In this document: positions 18,606 to 27,371 of the stretch, one piece after another | How the letters are laid out: every line of letters begins with the position of its first letter | How positions within the stretch are numbered: the stretch's first letter is position 1 | Source of the DNA: Aeropyrum pernix K1 | Lineage (GTDB): Archaea > Thermoproteota > Thermoprotei_A > Sulfolobales > Acidilobaceae | Direction: 5' to 3' | DNA: 32,000 nucleotides | Assembly (NCBI RefSeq): GCF_000011125.1 | Contig: NC_000854.2 | Location: 840,001 to 872,000, forward strand | Program-made: the position numbers and the translations under genes | The notes under the pieces: model-generated | Databases searched by the model: none | What the model was told of the DNA's origin: nothing | Seen by the model: only the letters and a program-made list of their open reading frames with translations

Positions 18606-21600
18606 TTGTTGAAGAGGCTTTGGGAGAGGATCGCCGATAGCCTGGGGCTGAGGAGGGAGCTTGCGTTCGCCGACGTCCTCGACAACCCCCTGCTCCTGGA
18701 GAGGTTTCTCAGCGAGAAGGGCTGCCCGGGGGATGAGGGGCTTCGGGAGGCTGTGGAGAGGGGTCTTCACGAGATTATTATTAAAGTTAAGGCTGCTGGC
18801 TGCAGTGTGCCGGGTGATATTGAACGTGAGGCGGCTGCCGTCCTGATATTCAATGGTAAGAGGCCTCCCGGCTTGTATGATGTCGAGCCCGGGGGGGTCG
18901 CCATTGCCGTTTGCAGCGATGACAGGGTGGTTGTAGGGTATGGTGGGTATGTGCTGGACACCGACTCCATGGGGCCGGGAGGAAAGGCTAGAGTGCTGTC
19001 TAACAGCGACGCCGCTGGGCTGGCGGCATGGAGCCTCGGCGCCTCGATACTTGTGCACTGGGGCTGTCGTACCCGGTACCCCCGGGCTGTAGATGCCTCG
19101 CTGCTGTCGGCGATAGCCGTTCCGGAAGCTGGCGGGGATATCGGCCTCAGCATTTACCACTTCTCCGCGGCGCCGGGCAGTGTTGTTGATGCTGTGGCTG
19201 ATATTGTGTCAAAATCTGTAGCCCTGCTCGAGAGTTTGGGGGTAGATTGGTCTAGAATGCCGCCCGAGGTTAGGCTGGCTCCGGAGGCGACGGTAGCCCG
19301 GGGAGAACTAGCTGGTAGCGTTGAAATAAGGAGGTCGGCGGCGGAGGTCGTCGCCTCCGACGCTCCCCGACTCTTCTTCAGGACCTGGAGGCCCTACATC
19401 CTAGAGCCGCCCGGGGACCATGGCTATAAGGGGCTCGAGTACGCAGCGTATATGGCTGTAAGAAGTATAGCATACCGGGGAGGCAGCGTCTGGAGGGCTC
19501 TGGAGACTGCTCCAGCGAAGCTAGTAGAGCCTATGCTGAGGCTTCTAAGGTCCTCGGAGATCAGGCCTAACCCCCGTCCTCCAGAGCCAGGGGAGCAGGT
19601 GGAGGCAGCAGACCTGGGCCTAGCGGGGTGGGGTGGCGAGGTCCTCCTGGACTGTGTGAAGCCTTTGGACCGCTGCCTCTCCGCGGCCCCGCAGGCCTCA
19701 TCTTCCATGCCAGAGGACCTGAGGATGAGGATTGAAATGGCCTCCAAGAAGCCTGCCAGCCCTAGAAGGTGGGGTAGGCTTAGGATTAGGGTTAGGGGGT
19801 GGAGCCCTAGGGAGATAGCGTCTATGCTGGGTGTGGAGACCGCGTCCCAAGCGGATGCTCCCAAGGTTAGGCTTGTTCCCCCTCAGGGAAGGGGGCCCTT
19901 GGGGCTTGTCGAGGATCTGAGGCGGATTCTCGAGGGTGAGGATGGTAGGATACTTGTTATAACTCCCGAGGAGAGGCTGGCTTCGCTGGTTGCTGAAGGT
20001 CTTGGAGGCTACACGCCGGACTCCCAGGGTGAAGTGTTCCACCGCTGGTTCGTGGAGGGCGGTCTGCTGGTAGTGCCTTGGGGTTATCTACAGGCCCGCC
20101 CGGAGATCGCCAATGTGGCTGACAGGAGCGTGGTGCTCCTGCCGGAGGTAATGCTGAGGGATGAGACCCTGGCCCGCATTATACGCCTCTTCTACTCTGG
20201 GAGAGCGGGGCTGGTATCAGTCCAGTGGGGTAGGATAGTCGAGCTCCTACATAGGCTGGGCGCGGTTGGTGTCTCCTGGGCCGCCGGGCTTGGCGAGCCC
20301 AGAAGCTCTAGCGCGACTGTTGCTGAGGAGGTTGTGGATGACGTTCTGGCCGGCGTTGTCAACAGGCTCCTGGGCGTCTCAAGGCTGAGGCCTGGGCAGG
20401 AGGCTGTTTTAAGGAGGATATCACGGGTGTACGCATCCCTCTCACCCTCAGTAACCATTGCCGTTATGCCTACGGGCTATGGAAAATCCCTTCTCTTCCA
20501 GGCCCCCGCACGGGGGCTAGCATACCTAGGTTACGGGGCTCTGACCCTCGTTGTGACGCCTCTCAAAGCCCTAATGAGGGACCAGACAAGAGCAGCTCTA
20601 GGGAGGGGGCTAGCGGCTTGCTACATCGACTCTAGCCTTAGCCTGAAGGCTAGGGGCGAGGTGCTTAGGGCTGCTGCCATGGGCCTCATAGACCTCCTCT
20701 ACATTGCGCCGGAGAGGTTTGAGGACGCTAGGATAAGGGAGGTTGTTGAGGGGGGCAGGCTCGCGCTGGCAGTGTTGGACGAGGCCCACACTGCGTCGAG
20801 GTGGGGTGAGACGTTTAGGAACAGCTACCTCTACATGGCTAAAACCCTGGCTAGCTTGAGGCTGGAGGAGGGCTGGCCACCAATCCTGGCCCTGACGGCC
20901 ACGGCCACACTAGATATTATAGAGTCGCTGGTGGCCATGCTTGGAGCCGCCGACTACTCGGTCGTAGACCTGGAGGAGGATGGCGCTATACCCGGAGAGG
21001 GTAGCCCGGAGGAGACTATAGTCTACAGGATAGCCCCCGTCAGGCCGAACATAGCTGTCGAGGCCAGGATTGCTCCCCCCGGGAGGGCAAGACTTGACGT
21101 GGCTGCGGAGCATGTGAGGGAGCTCGCAGCATGGGCAACGGGAGTCTCCGAGAGCTGGGTGGGAGCGGTTTTCACGGGGTTCGTCAAGAGTAAGGCTATG
21201 GACTGGGCTAACGCTGAGACCATAGCCTCCAGGCTTGAGCCTGCGCTAGGAGGGGTCTGCGAGGTCCTCGTGTACCACGGCCAGATGGGTGAGAAGAGGA
21301 GGAAGATGGTGGAGGAGAGGGCGGCTGAGCCCCGGGGGAGGAAGATTATAGTGGCGACTAAGGCGTTCGGCATGGGAGTAGATATTAGGAACCTGAGGTG
21401 GACCCTACACCTATTCCCCAGCGATTCTGTCGAGGACCTCGTACAGGAGATAGGGAGGGCGGGGAGAGACGGGCTCCCCGCAAGATCGCTGGTCCTATTC
21501 GACCCCGAGGACTTCCGGGTTAGACGCGCCATGGGGCTTAGACAGCTTCCACGGCTCTCCTCAGTGCTGGCTCTCTACAACTCTCTCGTCGAACTCCATG

Positions 21601-22574
21601 GGAGGGAGGAGAGCTACACCCTCGTCCTAACACCACCCGCAGTGCCTCCAAAGGTGGTCAGGCTCCTCGACATACTGAGGACCTCCGGGCTGCTTGACTA
21701 CAGTATAACCAGGCGCCTACACCTATATAGGCTGAGGAAGGGTGTCTCGTGGAGGGATCTAGAGGAGGCTGGCGTCACCCCCAGGCTTGTGCTGCCGAGG
21801 CTTGGCATAGTTGGGTTCGAGGAGAAGGTACCCCCCGGGGAGATGCTGGAGCCTGCGAGCCTCTCGATAAAGCTGTGTATAAGTCCCGACAACTCCTTTG
21901 AAATATTCTACGGCAGGCATGGCAACACAGGTAGGGAGTGCCGTAGAGCCGTGATAGAGAGGTCAGGCGTGGCGTTGCTAATAGATCTCAACCCGGACGT
22001 CAGGCACAGGAGCATTACAAAGCCGACTCCAGACCTGCTCGTATATCATGCCAGGCTCGCCTCCCTAGAAGCCCTGAAGGTGGAGAGGCTTAGAAAGCTC
22101 CTCGAAAGCCTCTCTGGCCTGCGGGGTGAAAAGTCGAGCCAGGCTTTTAGAGAGGGTGTTAGAGAATACTTCAACAAACCTCTCCTCAGGCCTCTGCCTG
22201 AGAACCCTGAAAAGGCTTTGAAGCAGCCGCGGTCTATAGAGTGCGCGGGCGTCTCAAAATGCCGCGCCCTAGCAGCTACCCTCGAGAGGTTAGTGGAGGT
22301 CCTCGGCCCCTTAGGCGTTACTATAGCTGTCCCCAGCGGGGAAGCTAGGGCTTCATTCCTCAGAGCATACAGCAGCCTCTTCCCAGTGGAGCCCAGAATT
22401 GTAGGTGTCAGGAAGGTGCTTAATAGGCTGAAAGCAGGTGGAGTCGCAGCAGCCGACCTCGGCTATGTAGTGGCGGTTACACACAAGGAGAGCCAATACA
22501 ATATGCTCCTTTCCACGGTAGAAGGCTCAGGCTACCCCTACGTGACCGTTGTACATGCTAAAATGCCAGTATAA
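18606..22574 (+). CDS. Very large RecQ-like SF2 DNA helicase with long novel N-terminal and C-terminal extensions (1322 aa)
   Basis: RecQ-type motifs: MPTGYGKSLLFQAP (I), VTPLKALMRDQ (Ia), LDEAHTASRWGETFRNSY (II, RecQ-like), LALTATAT (III), KIIVATKAFGMGVDIRNLRWTLH (V), VQEIGRAGRDGLPARSLVLF (VI). The region upstream of ~aa 590 has no recognised domain. Confidence 0.93.
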   Translation: MLKRLWERIADSLGLRRELAFADVLDNPLLLERFLSEKGCPGDEGLREAVERGLHEIIIKVKAAGCSVPGDIEREAAAVLIFNGKRPPGLYDVEPGGVAIAVCSDDRVVVGYGGYVLDTDSMGPGGKARVLSNSDAAGLAAWSLGASILVHWGCRTRYPRAVDASLLSAIAVPEAGGDIGLSIYHFSAAPGSVVDAVADIVSKSVALLESLGVDWSRMPPEVRLAPEATVARGELAGSVEIRRSAAEVVASDAPRLFFRTWRPYILEPPGDHGYKGLEYAAYMAVRSIAYRGGSVWRALETAPAKLVEPMLRLLRSSEIRPNPRPPEPGEQVEAADLGLAGWGGEVLLDCVKPLDRCLSAAPQASSSMPEDLRMRIEMASKKPASPRRWGRLRIRVRGWSPREIASMLGVETASQADAPKVRLVPPQGRGPLGLVEDLRRILEGEDGRILVITPEERLASLVAEGLGGYTPDSQGEVFHRWFVEGGLLVVPWGYLQARPEIANVADRSVVLLPEVMLRDETLARIIRLFYSGRAGLVSVQWGRIVELLHRLGAVGVSWAAGLGEPRSSSATVAEEVVDDVLAGVVNRLLGVSRLRPGQEAVLRRISRVYASLSPSVTIAVMPTGYGKSLLFQAPARGLAYLGYGALTLVVTPLKALMRDQTRAALGRGLAACYIDSSLSLKARGEVLRAAAMGLIDLLYIAPERFEDARIREVVEGGRLALAVLDEAHTASRWGETFRNSYLYMAKTLASLRLEEGWPPILALTATATLDIIESLVAMLGAADYSVVDLEEDGAIPGEGSPEETIVYRIAPVRPNIAVEARIAPPGRARLDVAAEHVRELAAWATGVSESWVGAVFTGFVKSKAMDWANAETIASRLEPALGGVCEVLVYHGQMGEKRRKMVEERAAEPRGRKIIVATKAFGMGVDIRNLRWTLHLFPSDSVEDLVQEIGRAGRDGLPARSLVLFDPEDFRVRRAMGLRQLPRLSSVLALYNSLVELHGREESYTLVLTPPAVPPKVVRLLDILRTSGLLDYSITRRLHLYRLRKGVSWRDLEEAGVTPRLVLPRLGIVGFEEKVPPGEMLEPASLSIKLCISPDNSFEIFYGRHGNTGRECRRAVIERSGVALLIDLNPDVRHRSITKPTPDLLVYHARLASLEALKVERLRKLLESLSGLRGEKSSQAFREGVREYFNKPLLRPLPENPEKALKQPRSIECAGVSKCRALAATLERLVEVLGPLGVTIAVPSGEARASFLRAYSSLFPVEPRIVGVRKVLNRLKAGGVAAADLGYVVAVTHKESQYNMLLSTVEGSGYPYVTVVHAKMPV

Positions 22575-22806
22575 CCGCTGTTAGCTGATAGCAGCAATAC
22601 AAACCCCCCGTGTTTCAGTAATCTATCCTATCTAGGTTACTTTGGGCGCAGGTCGGAGGTGTCTGATGGTGATGTGAAGGTGCTCCCGACTGAAGCGGCC
22701 CCCAGCCTCCCTATTCATCCTTAAGGGGCCCGTATACAAGTATCCTCAGACGCCGTTGGGGTAGTGGTTCGTATAGTTGCCTTTCGTCGAGAGGACCTCT
22801 ATCCTC

Positions 22807-23328
22807 CTACGCCGCAGATACGACCTTGCCCCTGCATATCTTCAGGAAGAGGGCGGGTGTATCCACGGTTTTCGCCACGAAGCAGCCCTCGCCTACATCT
22901 TTTTCCAGCTCTGAGTAGAGTGTGTGGGCAATTTCGGCCAGGGTTCTTCCGGAAACCGTGAAGGTAAGGGGTGTGTAGTCCAGAACAAGGCTGGCCTGGA
23001 AGAGGGGGTCAAGCAGCTTCTCTGCCTCCTCAACGCTGTAGGCATATGGCCCCTGTTCTCTAGCCCTTTCTCCTGGCCTAGCTGTGGCTGGCTCTGCCTG
23101 CGTTGAGGGCGGGCGTGTCTCGGCCTCGGCGGGCGGCTCAGGCCTTGGAGGGCCAGACTCCTTTTCTACCGTGAATCCCTCTGTCTGAGCCTGCCTGTAG
23201 AACCTGCAGTTTACATATCTTGGCGTGGAGCAGGGGAATGCGAGTGGATTTACGGGACGCCTAACAACCTTACAGTAAACCACTGGCCCCCTGCTCTCCC
23301 CCAGGGGGCAGACGACCTTTGGAGCCAT
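22807..23328 (-). CDS. Hypothetical protein with N-terminal Cys motif (possible metal site)
   Basis: MAPKVVCPLGESRGPVVYCKVVRRPVNPLAFPCSTPRYVNCRFYR, then a Pro/Glu-rich linker and a C-terminal globular segment; good SD (aaggagga) before ATG 23328. Confidence 0.65.
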   Translation of the reverse strand: MAPKVVCPLGESRGPVVYCKVVRRPVNPLAFPCSTPRYVNCRFYRQAQTEGFTVEKESGPPRPEPPAEAETRPPSTQAEPATARPGERAREQGPYAYSVEEAEKLLDPLFQASLVLDYTPLTFTVSGRTLAEIAHTLYSELEKDVGEGCFVAKTVDTPALFLKICRGKVVSAA

Positions 23329-23337
23329 TCCTCCTTA

Positions 23338-23357
23338 CCCTTGTATACCCTTGTATT
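23338..23357. repeat. Short tandem repeat immediately upstream of the 23328 gene
   Basis: cccttgtata / cccttgtatt: two 10-bp units with one mismatch, just upstream of the SD. Confidence 0.6.
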
Positions 23358-23529
23358 GCCTTCCCTAGCCGCATTTATGAGGCACAGGTCACATCTCAAA
23401 ATATAAATTATAGCGGGAGAACATTATATTATTACCCAAACCGGCCTTACAGTATCACCCCTCTAGCCGTCCCGCCTCTTCATGGGCACCATAAGTAGCC
23501 TGGCGCTGGATGCCAGGGCACTACGATAC

Positions 23530-24237
23530 TCAAGCCGCTACAGCCTCCTTCTGCTCCTCCGTCAACAGTCTGAAACCGTATGCTGCTAGAAGGGCTGGTA
23601 TGATGCCCCCGACTGCGTACCATAGGCCCAGCGTCACCATACCCAGGCTCTTAGCCACGGAGTATAGAGGAAGCGTGAAGCCGTGCATTATGAATGCTAG
23701 GCCTATGAGCATTGCCGCCCTACTGCCAGTGGGTATTGCGAGCTCTCTGGTGAAGTAAGCTCCGACTAGGAGGGCTAGGGGTACTAGCTGCCCTAGCACT
23801 CTACCTATGCTGCTAACCAGTAGTCTCTGGCTAGGCGGCTCTATGCCGCTTAGAATGTTCACGGCCAGGGTGTATACGGTGCCCGATATAAACACTATGC
23901 CGGGGAGGCCAATCCTTATCCACCTACTCTCAGCACCAATAGTCTCGATCAGAACTGAAGCCATGGCAGCGCTCCAGAACACTATCGCGATACCCCGCAC
24001 TGCGTCAAGGCTATAGTGTGCCGTGGACCCGTAGAACCCTGGACTCCTCAACACCATAACATTGATCACGGACTCGAGGACAGCCTGTATAAATACTGCG
24101 AAGAGTCCTGCTGAGAGGGCCAGTGCAGCCGTCGAGCCGGAGTTTCGGTATGCAGTGTAGGCGTAGAACGACGCGGCCAGGGTTGCAACAGCGGTAGCTA
24201 GGGGGAATCCCGCAGCCTCAACATACTCTATAACCAA
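23530..24237 (-). CDS. Multi-pass integral membrane protein, unknown function
   Basis: 235 aa with about 7 hydrophobic segments; TATA-like ttttatatcg upstream on the reverse strand. Confidence 0.7.
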   Translation of the reverse strand: MVIEYVEAAGFPLATAVATLAASFYAYTAYRNSGSTAALALSAGLFAVFIQAVLESVINVMVLRSPGFYGSTAHYSLDAVRGIAIVFWSAAMASVLIETIGAESRWIRIGLPGIVFISGTVYTLAVNILSGIEPPSQRLLVSSIGRVLGQLVPLALLVGAYFTRELAIPTGSRAAMLIGLAFIMHGFTLPLYSVAKSLGMVTLGLWYAVGGIIPALLAAYGFRLLTEEQKEAVAA

Positions 24238-24316
24238 GTCTTGGCCACCCGCCTTGTAGCAGATTCATAGAGACACGATATAAAAGGTGGTTTTCTACAA
24301 AGAGGAGACAAGAGGA

Positions 24317-24838
24317 TTAGGGCGGAGGGCCTGCAGCCTGGCTACTACCAGCCTCCACCTTGACCTCGGCAGGGCTGCACGACTGTTCCAGAGCCTCCTC
24401 GAACTTCTCCACAGCCTTTCTGGCCTCTGCACAGACTCTAGCCGCCTCACCCTCGAACCCGTTCTCCCTCAGTATCCTGCAGCCCTCGATGATATAGTAT
24501 ATAAGGTAGTCCACTTTCCTAGCCTTCTCAAACATTATGTCCGCCAGGCGCCTCCACCCATCCTCTGTGAGGGCGTAGACTATTCTCCTCCCTCCCTTGA
24601 CACCCTTCCTATCCATCCTCTCGACGCGTATGAGACCCTCCCTCTTAAGCTGGTCTAGGAGCGGGTATAGCGTGCCGGGTGCTGGCCTCCAGACGCCATT
24701 GGTTATCTCTTCTATCCTGTTCATAATCTCGTAGCCGTGGTAGGGCCTCTCTGCCAGGACCCTAAGGACTAGTTGCCTTAGACTCTCCCTGATGATGTTA
24801 CTCCTCGAGCCCTCCTGGCTGTTGTAGGTGCTGGACAA
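24317..24838 (-). CDS. PadR family transcriptional regulator
   Basis: RQLVLRVLAERPYHGYEIMNRIEEITNGVWRPAPGTLYPLLDQLKREGLIR...GGRRIVYALTEDGWRRL is a typical PadR wHTH. The track ORF extends to 24955, but TTG 24838 downstream of a TATA-like tatataaa is the more likely start. Confidence 0.88.
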   Translation of the reverse strand: MSSTYNSQEGSRSNIIRESLRQLVLRVLAERPYHGYEIMNRIEEITNGVWRPAPGTLYPLLDQLKREGLIRVERMDRKGVKGGRRIVYALTEDGWRRLADIMFEKARKVDYLIYYIIEGCRILRENGFEGEAARVCAEARKAVEKFEEALEQSCSPAEVKVEAGSSQAAGPPP

Positions 24839-25028
24839 ACTTTCGAACCCGTAAATATAATCTATTACAGAATGCTGGGGTTTATATAGGCATGCACAGT
24901 CTCGAAGGCGGCTCAAAGACTGGTGTCCCTCCTCAACGGCCCCTGCCTTCGGCAATACCAGCCGTCATCACAGCCGCCACCAAAGAATTATTCCCATCCC
25001 GCCCCTGAAAGGGTTTCTGCGGGTAGGA

Positions 25029-25811
25029 TTGTTGGAGCGTTGCGGGGGACTTGTGCTTGGCGGTAGCCGGGGGCTTGGTTTCCACGCGGCCCGCGCGCTA
25101 GCCAGCCTCGGCTGCAACCTGGTGATCGTCGCCAGGGGCCGGGAGGCTCTCGAGAAGAGTGCTAAGGAAATCTCGGAAGGTTTCGGTGTTGATGTAGAGC
25201 CTCTAGTTGGCGATCTAAGGAAGAAGGGTCATGTGGAGAACGCAGTTATACACGCTGTCCAGACTTTTGGGAGGGTGGATGCCGTAGTAGCCGCCTACGG
25301 AAACATATCCCGGGAGCCTCTAACCCTCCGTGAAGCGGAGTGGGAGGACTGGATTGAGGCTGCGGCACTATACCTGGCATCAACATCCAGCCTTTTCAAA
25401 GCACTGGCCTCCTATAACACAGCGAAGGCCACCGTGATACTTCTCTCGAGCTTTACCGTAGCCGAGCCTATGGACCCTCTCATAGTTTCGGACGCCGTCA
25501 GAGCCGGATTATCGAGGCTGGTAAAATCGGCTGCGAGGCTTTATCCCGATAGGATAAGACCCATACTACTTATCCTAGGAAGTTTCAAGACGCCTGGGGC
25601 TATGAGGACGTTGGAGAGGATAGCCAGGTCTCGAGGGGAAAGCTTAGAGAACGTCTGGAGGAGGGAGGTTGAGATGCTGAGCCCCCTAGCCAGATCTGGA
25701 GGTCTCGACGAGTTTGAGGAGGTTATAAGGATGCTTGTCAGGAGCCCGGATTACATGCACGGAGCCACGGTAGTATTCGACGGGGCGTCTGGGAGGGTTT
25801 CATGGCCCTAG
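25029..25811 (+). CDS. Short-chain dehydrogenase/reductase (SDR) family protein
   Basis: GLVLGGSRGLGFHAARALASLGCNLVIVARG (Rossmann glycine motif), GDLRKKG, VDAVVAAYGN; the catalytic YxxxK region is atypical (see findings). Confidence 0.85.
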   Translation: MLERCGGLVLGGSRGLGFHAARALASLGCNLVIVARGREALEKSAKEISEGFGVDVEPLVGDLRKKGHVENAVIHAVQTFGRVDAVVAAYGNISREPLTLREAEWEDWIEAAALYLASTSSLFKALASYNTAKATVILLSSFTVAEPMDPLIVSDAVRAGLSRLVKSAARLYPDRIRPILLILGSFKTPGAMRTLERIARSRGESLENVWRREVEMLSPLARSGGLDEFEEVIRMLVRSPDYMHGATVVFDGASGRVSWP

Positions 25812-26293
25812 CCAGAGCTGCTGTTATATAGCTCGATGGGCGGGCACTCCAGACCCTTTGAGAGTCTCAGGGCGTACACATCATTGATATGCATTTCCAC
25901 GACGTTGTGTTTAAGCCCTCTCTGATAGTGCTCGAGAAGCCTCCTGTACTCCTCGTAGTTCACTGTGGTGAAGAAAGCCTCTTTCACGGCGTTATCAATT
26001 ATCTCCTCAAGGGTGGCTAGGGCGTACGCCTCGGCAGGGCTACGCACCTTTATTACCAGGTCGATGTCGAAGCTCCCGTTGACGCTAGTCTCACATTCTC
26101 CCCCCGATAGGTCTGAGAGCGCTATATAGTCGATTGTGTAGAAGTATTTTGTCAGGATACGGGCTATCTTCGCTGCTAGACTCACCTTCACCCTACCCCA
26201 CTCCTCGCCGCTACGACTGTTTATTCCTCTGAATATTTTTGACGCCTCGTCGAAGACCTCATACCATATCTGCTTCTCCACTGTGCTCGGCAA
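25808..26293 (-). CDS. Hypothetical protein, possibly nucleotidyltransferase-like
   Basis: 161 aa, TTG start; contains NGSFDIDLVIKV, which weakly resembles a GS...DxD nucleotidyltransferase motif. Confidence 0.5.
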   Translation of the reverse strand: MPSTVEKQIWYEVFDEASKIFRGINSRSGEEWGRVKVSLAAKIARILTKYFYTIDYIALSDLSGGECETSVNGSFDIDLVIKVRSPAEAYALATLEEIIDNAVKEAFFTTVNYEEYRRLLEHYQRGLKHNVVEMHINDVYALRLSKGLECPPIELYNSSSG

Positions 26294-26330
26294 AGCACCA
26301 CACCTATCCCACTATAATCCCACTACGCAG

Positions 26331-26357
26331 AGGGGATATACATAAACAGTATCCCCT
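26331..26357. promoter_or_regulatory. Inverted repeat in the promoter region of the 26293 gene
   Basis: AGGGGATA(26331-26338)-11 nt-TATCCCCT(26350-26357), flanking an AT-rich TATA-like core. Confidence 0.4.
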
Positions 26358-26688
26358 ATCTAATATCTACTATTCAAAACTTGAAAACTTAGCACAGTAA
26401 GGTCCTCGATCCCACCCAGCAGGCCAAAGACATCGTGCCTATAGGCCCATATCCCCGATTACAATATTAAACCAGGAAAAAGGACGCCCCTGTAATACCT
26501 GCTAGCGGGAATTGGGGGACAAATTTTCGTCAAGCCCTTCCTATCTCTACACTCTCTTCATGACGAGGGAAAAACGCTTTCACCCCGGGATTGGAGAAAC
26601 TAATTATCTAGCAGGGATGAAGCAAGTGGACCGGACCAGACCGGGTAGCGGGATGACGAGCAGGGCCTCTGCAGGACCGTCCTACCCC

Positions 26689-27333
26689 ATGTTTTACGAT
26701 AAAATCCATTTCTTAGGTAGTCCGGCGATTGTTGTAGAGCTCCTTGAAGACACGCCCTCCAGGTGGCTTTTAGAGGAGCTTTTGGAGTCTTACCTGTTCG
26801 CCGTCCAAATGGGGTACAGGTTTGCGGTGACTGGGGCAACGAATCCCCTAGTCTATGCGGCTGTTAGGAGGGCTGGGGTCCCGGTGTTTATGGAGAGGGG
26901 GTACAGCCTTAACAGGCCGGGCTGCATCCTCCTCGATCTATGGTCTCCAAAAAGGCTCGAGCCTGAGGAGGCCTCCAGTGCTAGCTACATAATAGTGGGG
27001 GGGATAATGGGTGACCACCCACCCAAGGGTAGGACATACCTCCTCTCATCCCAGGTGTATACGGCGTGTGCAAAAAGGAACCTCGGGCCAGAGCAGCTAA
27101 GTGTGGATGGAGCCGTGAAAACAGCTATACTAGTGGCGGAGGGCTATAGGCTAGATGAGATCGAGTTTGAAGAGGGGGTGGAGGTCGAGGTGGAGAGCCC
27201 CGTTAGAGGAGTGTCCGCTAGGGTAGAGCTACCGTATGCATACCCCAAGGTTGGCGGCAGGATTCTTGTGTCTCAGAGGCTTTTGAGCCTCCTTTCCAGG
27301 GGGATAATTTATGAGGAGGAGTATCTAGCCTGA
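26689..27333 (+). CDS. SPOUT-class SAM-dependent methyltransferase (SFM1 / PF04252 'RNA_Me_trans'-like)
   Basis: Family-like blocks: ILLDLWSPKRLEPEEASSASYIIVGGIMGDHPPKGRTYLLSS...RNLGPEQLSVDGAVKTAILVAEGYRLDEIEF...ELPYAYPKVGGRILVS. The ORF is open from 26512; ATG 26617 or ATG 26689 are alternative starts. Confidence 0.75.
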   Translation: MFYDKIHFLGSPAIVVELLEDTPSRWLLEELLESYLFAVQMGYRFAVTGATNPLVYAAVRRAGVPVFMERGYSLNRPGCILLDLWSPKRLEPEEASSASYIIVGGIMGDHPPKGRTYLLSSQVYTACAKRNLGPEQLSVDGAVKTAILVAEGYRLDEIEFEEGVEVEVESPVRGVSARVELPYAYPKVGGRILVSQRLLSLLSRGIIYEEEYLA

Positions 27334-27371
27334 GAAGCCTCCGGTCAAGGCCGCCTGTCATAGTATCCCTT

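Noticed and set aside
18567-19160. 197-aa minus ORF at the 5' end of the helicase gene
   Set aside because: Antisense to the helicase N-terminus; composition-driven translation without recognisable domains. The helicase frame is continuous over 1322 codons.
22575-22806. Possible small gene or ncRNA between the helicase and the convergent Cys-motif gene
   Set aside because: Contains gtctgatggtgatgtgaagg and CTGA but no consistent box spacing, hairpin or ORF strong enough to report.
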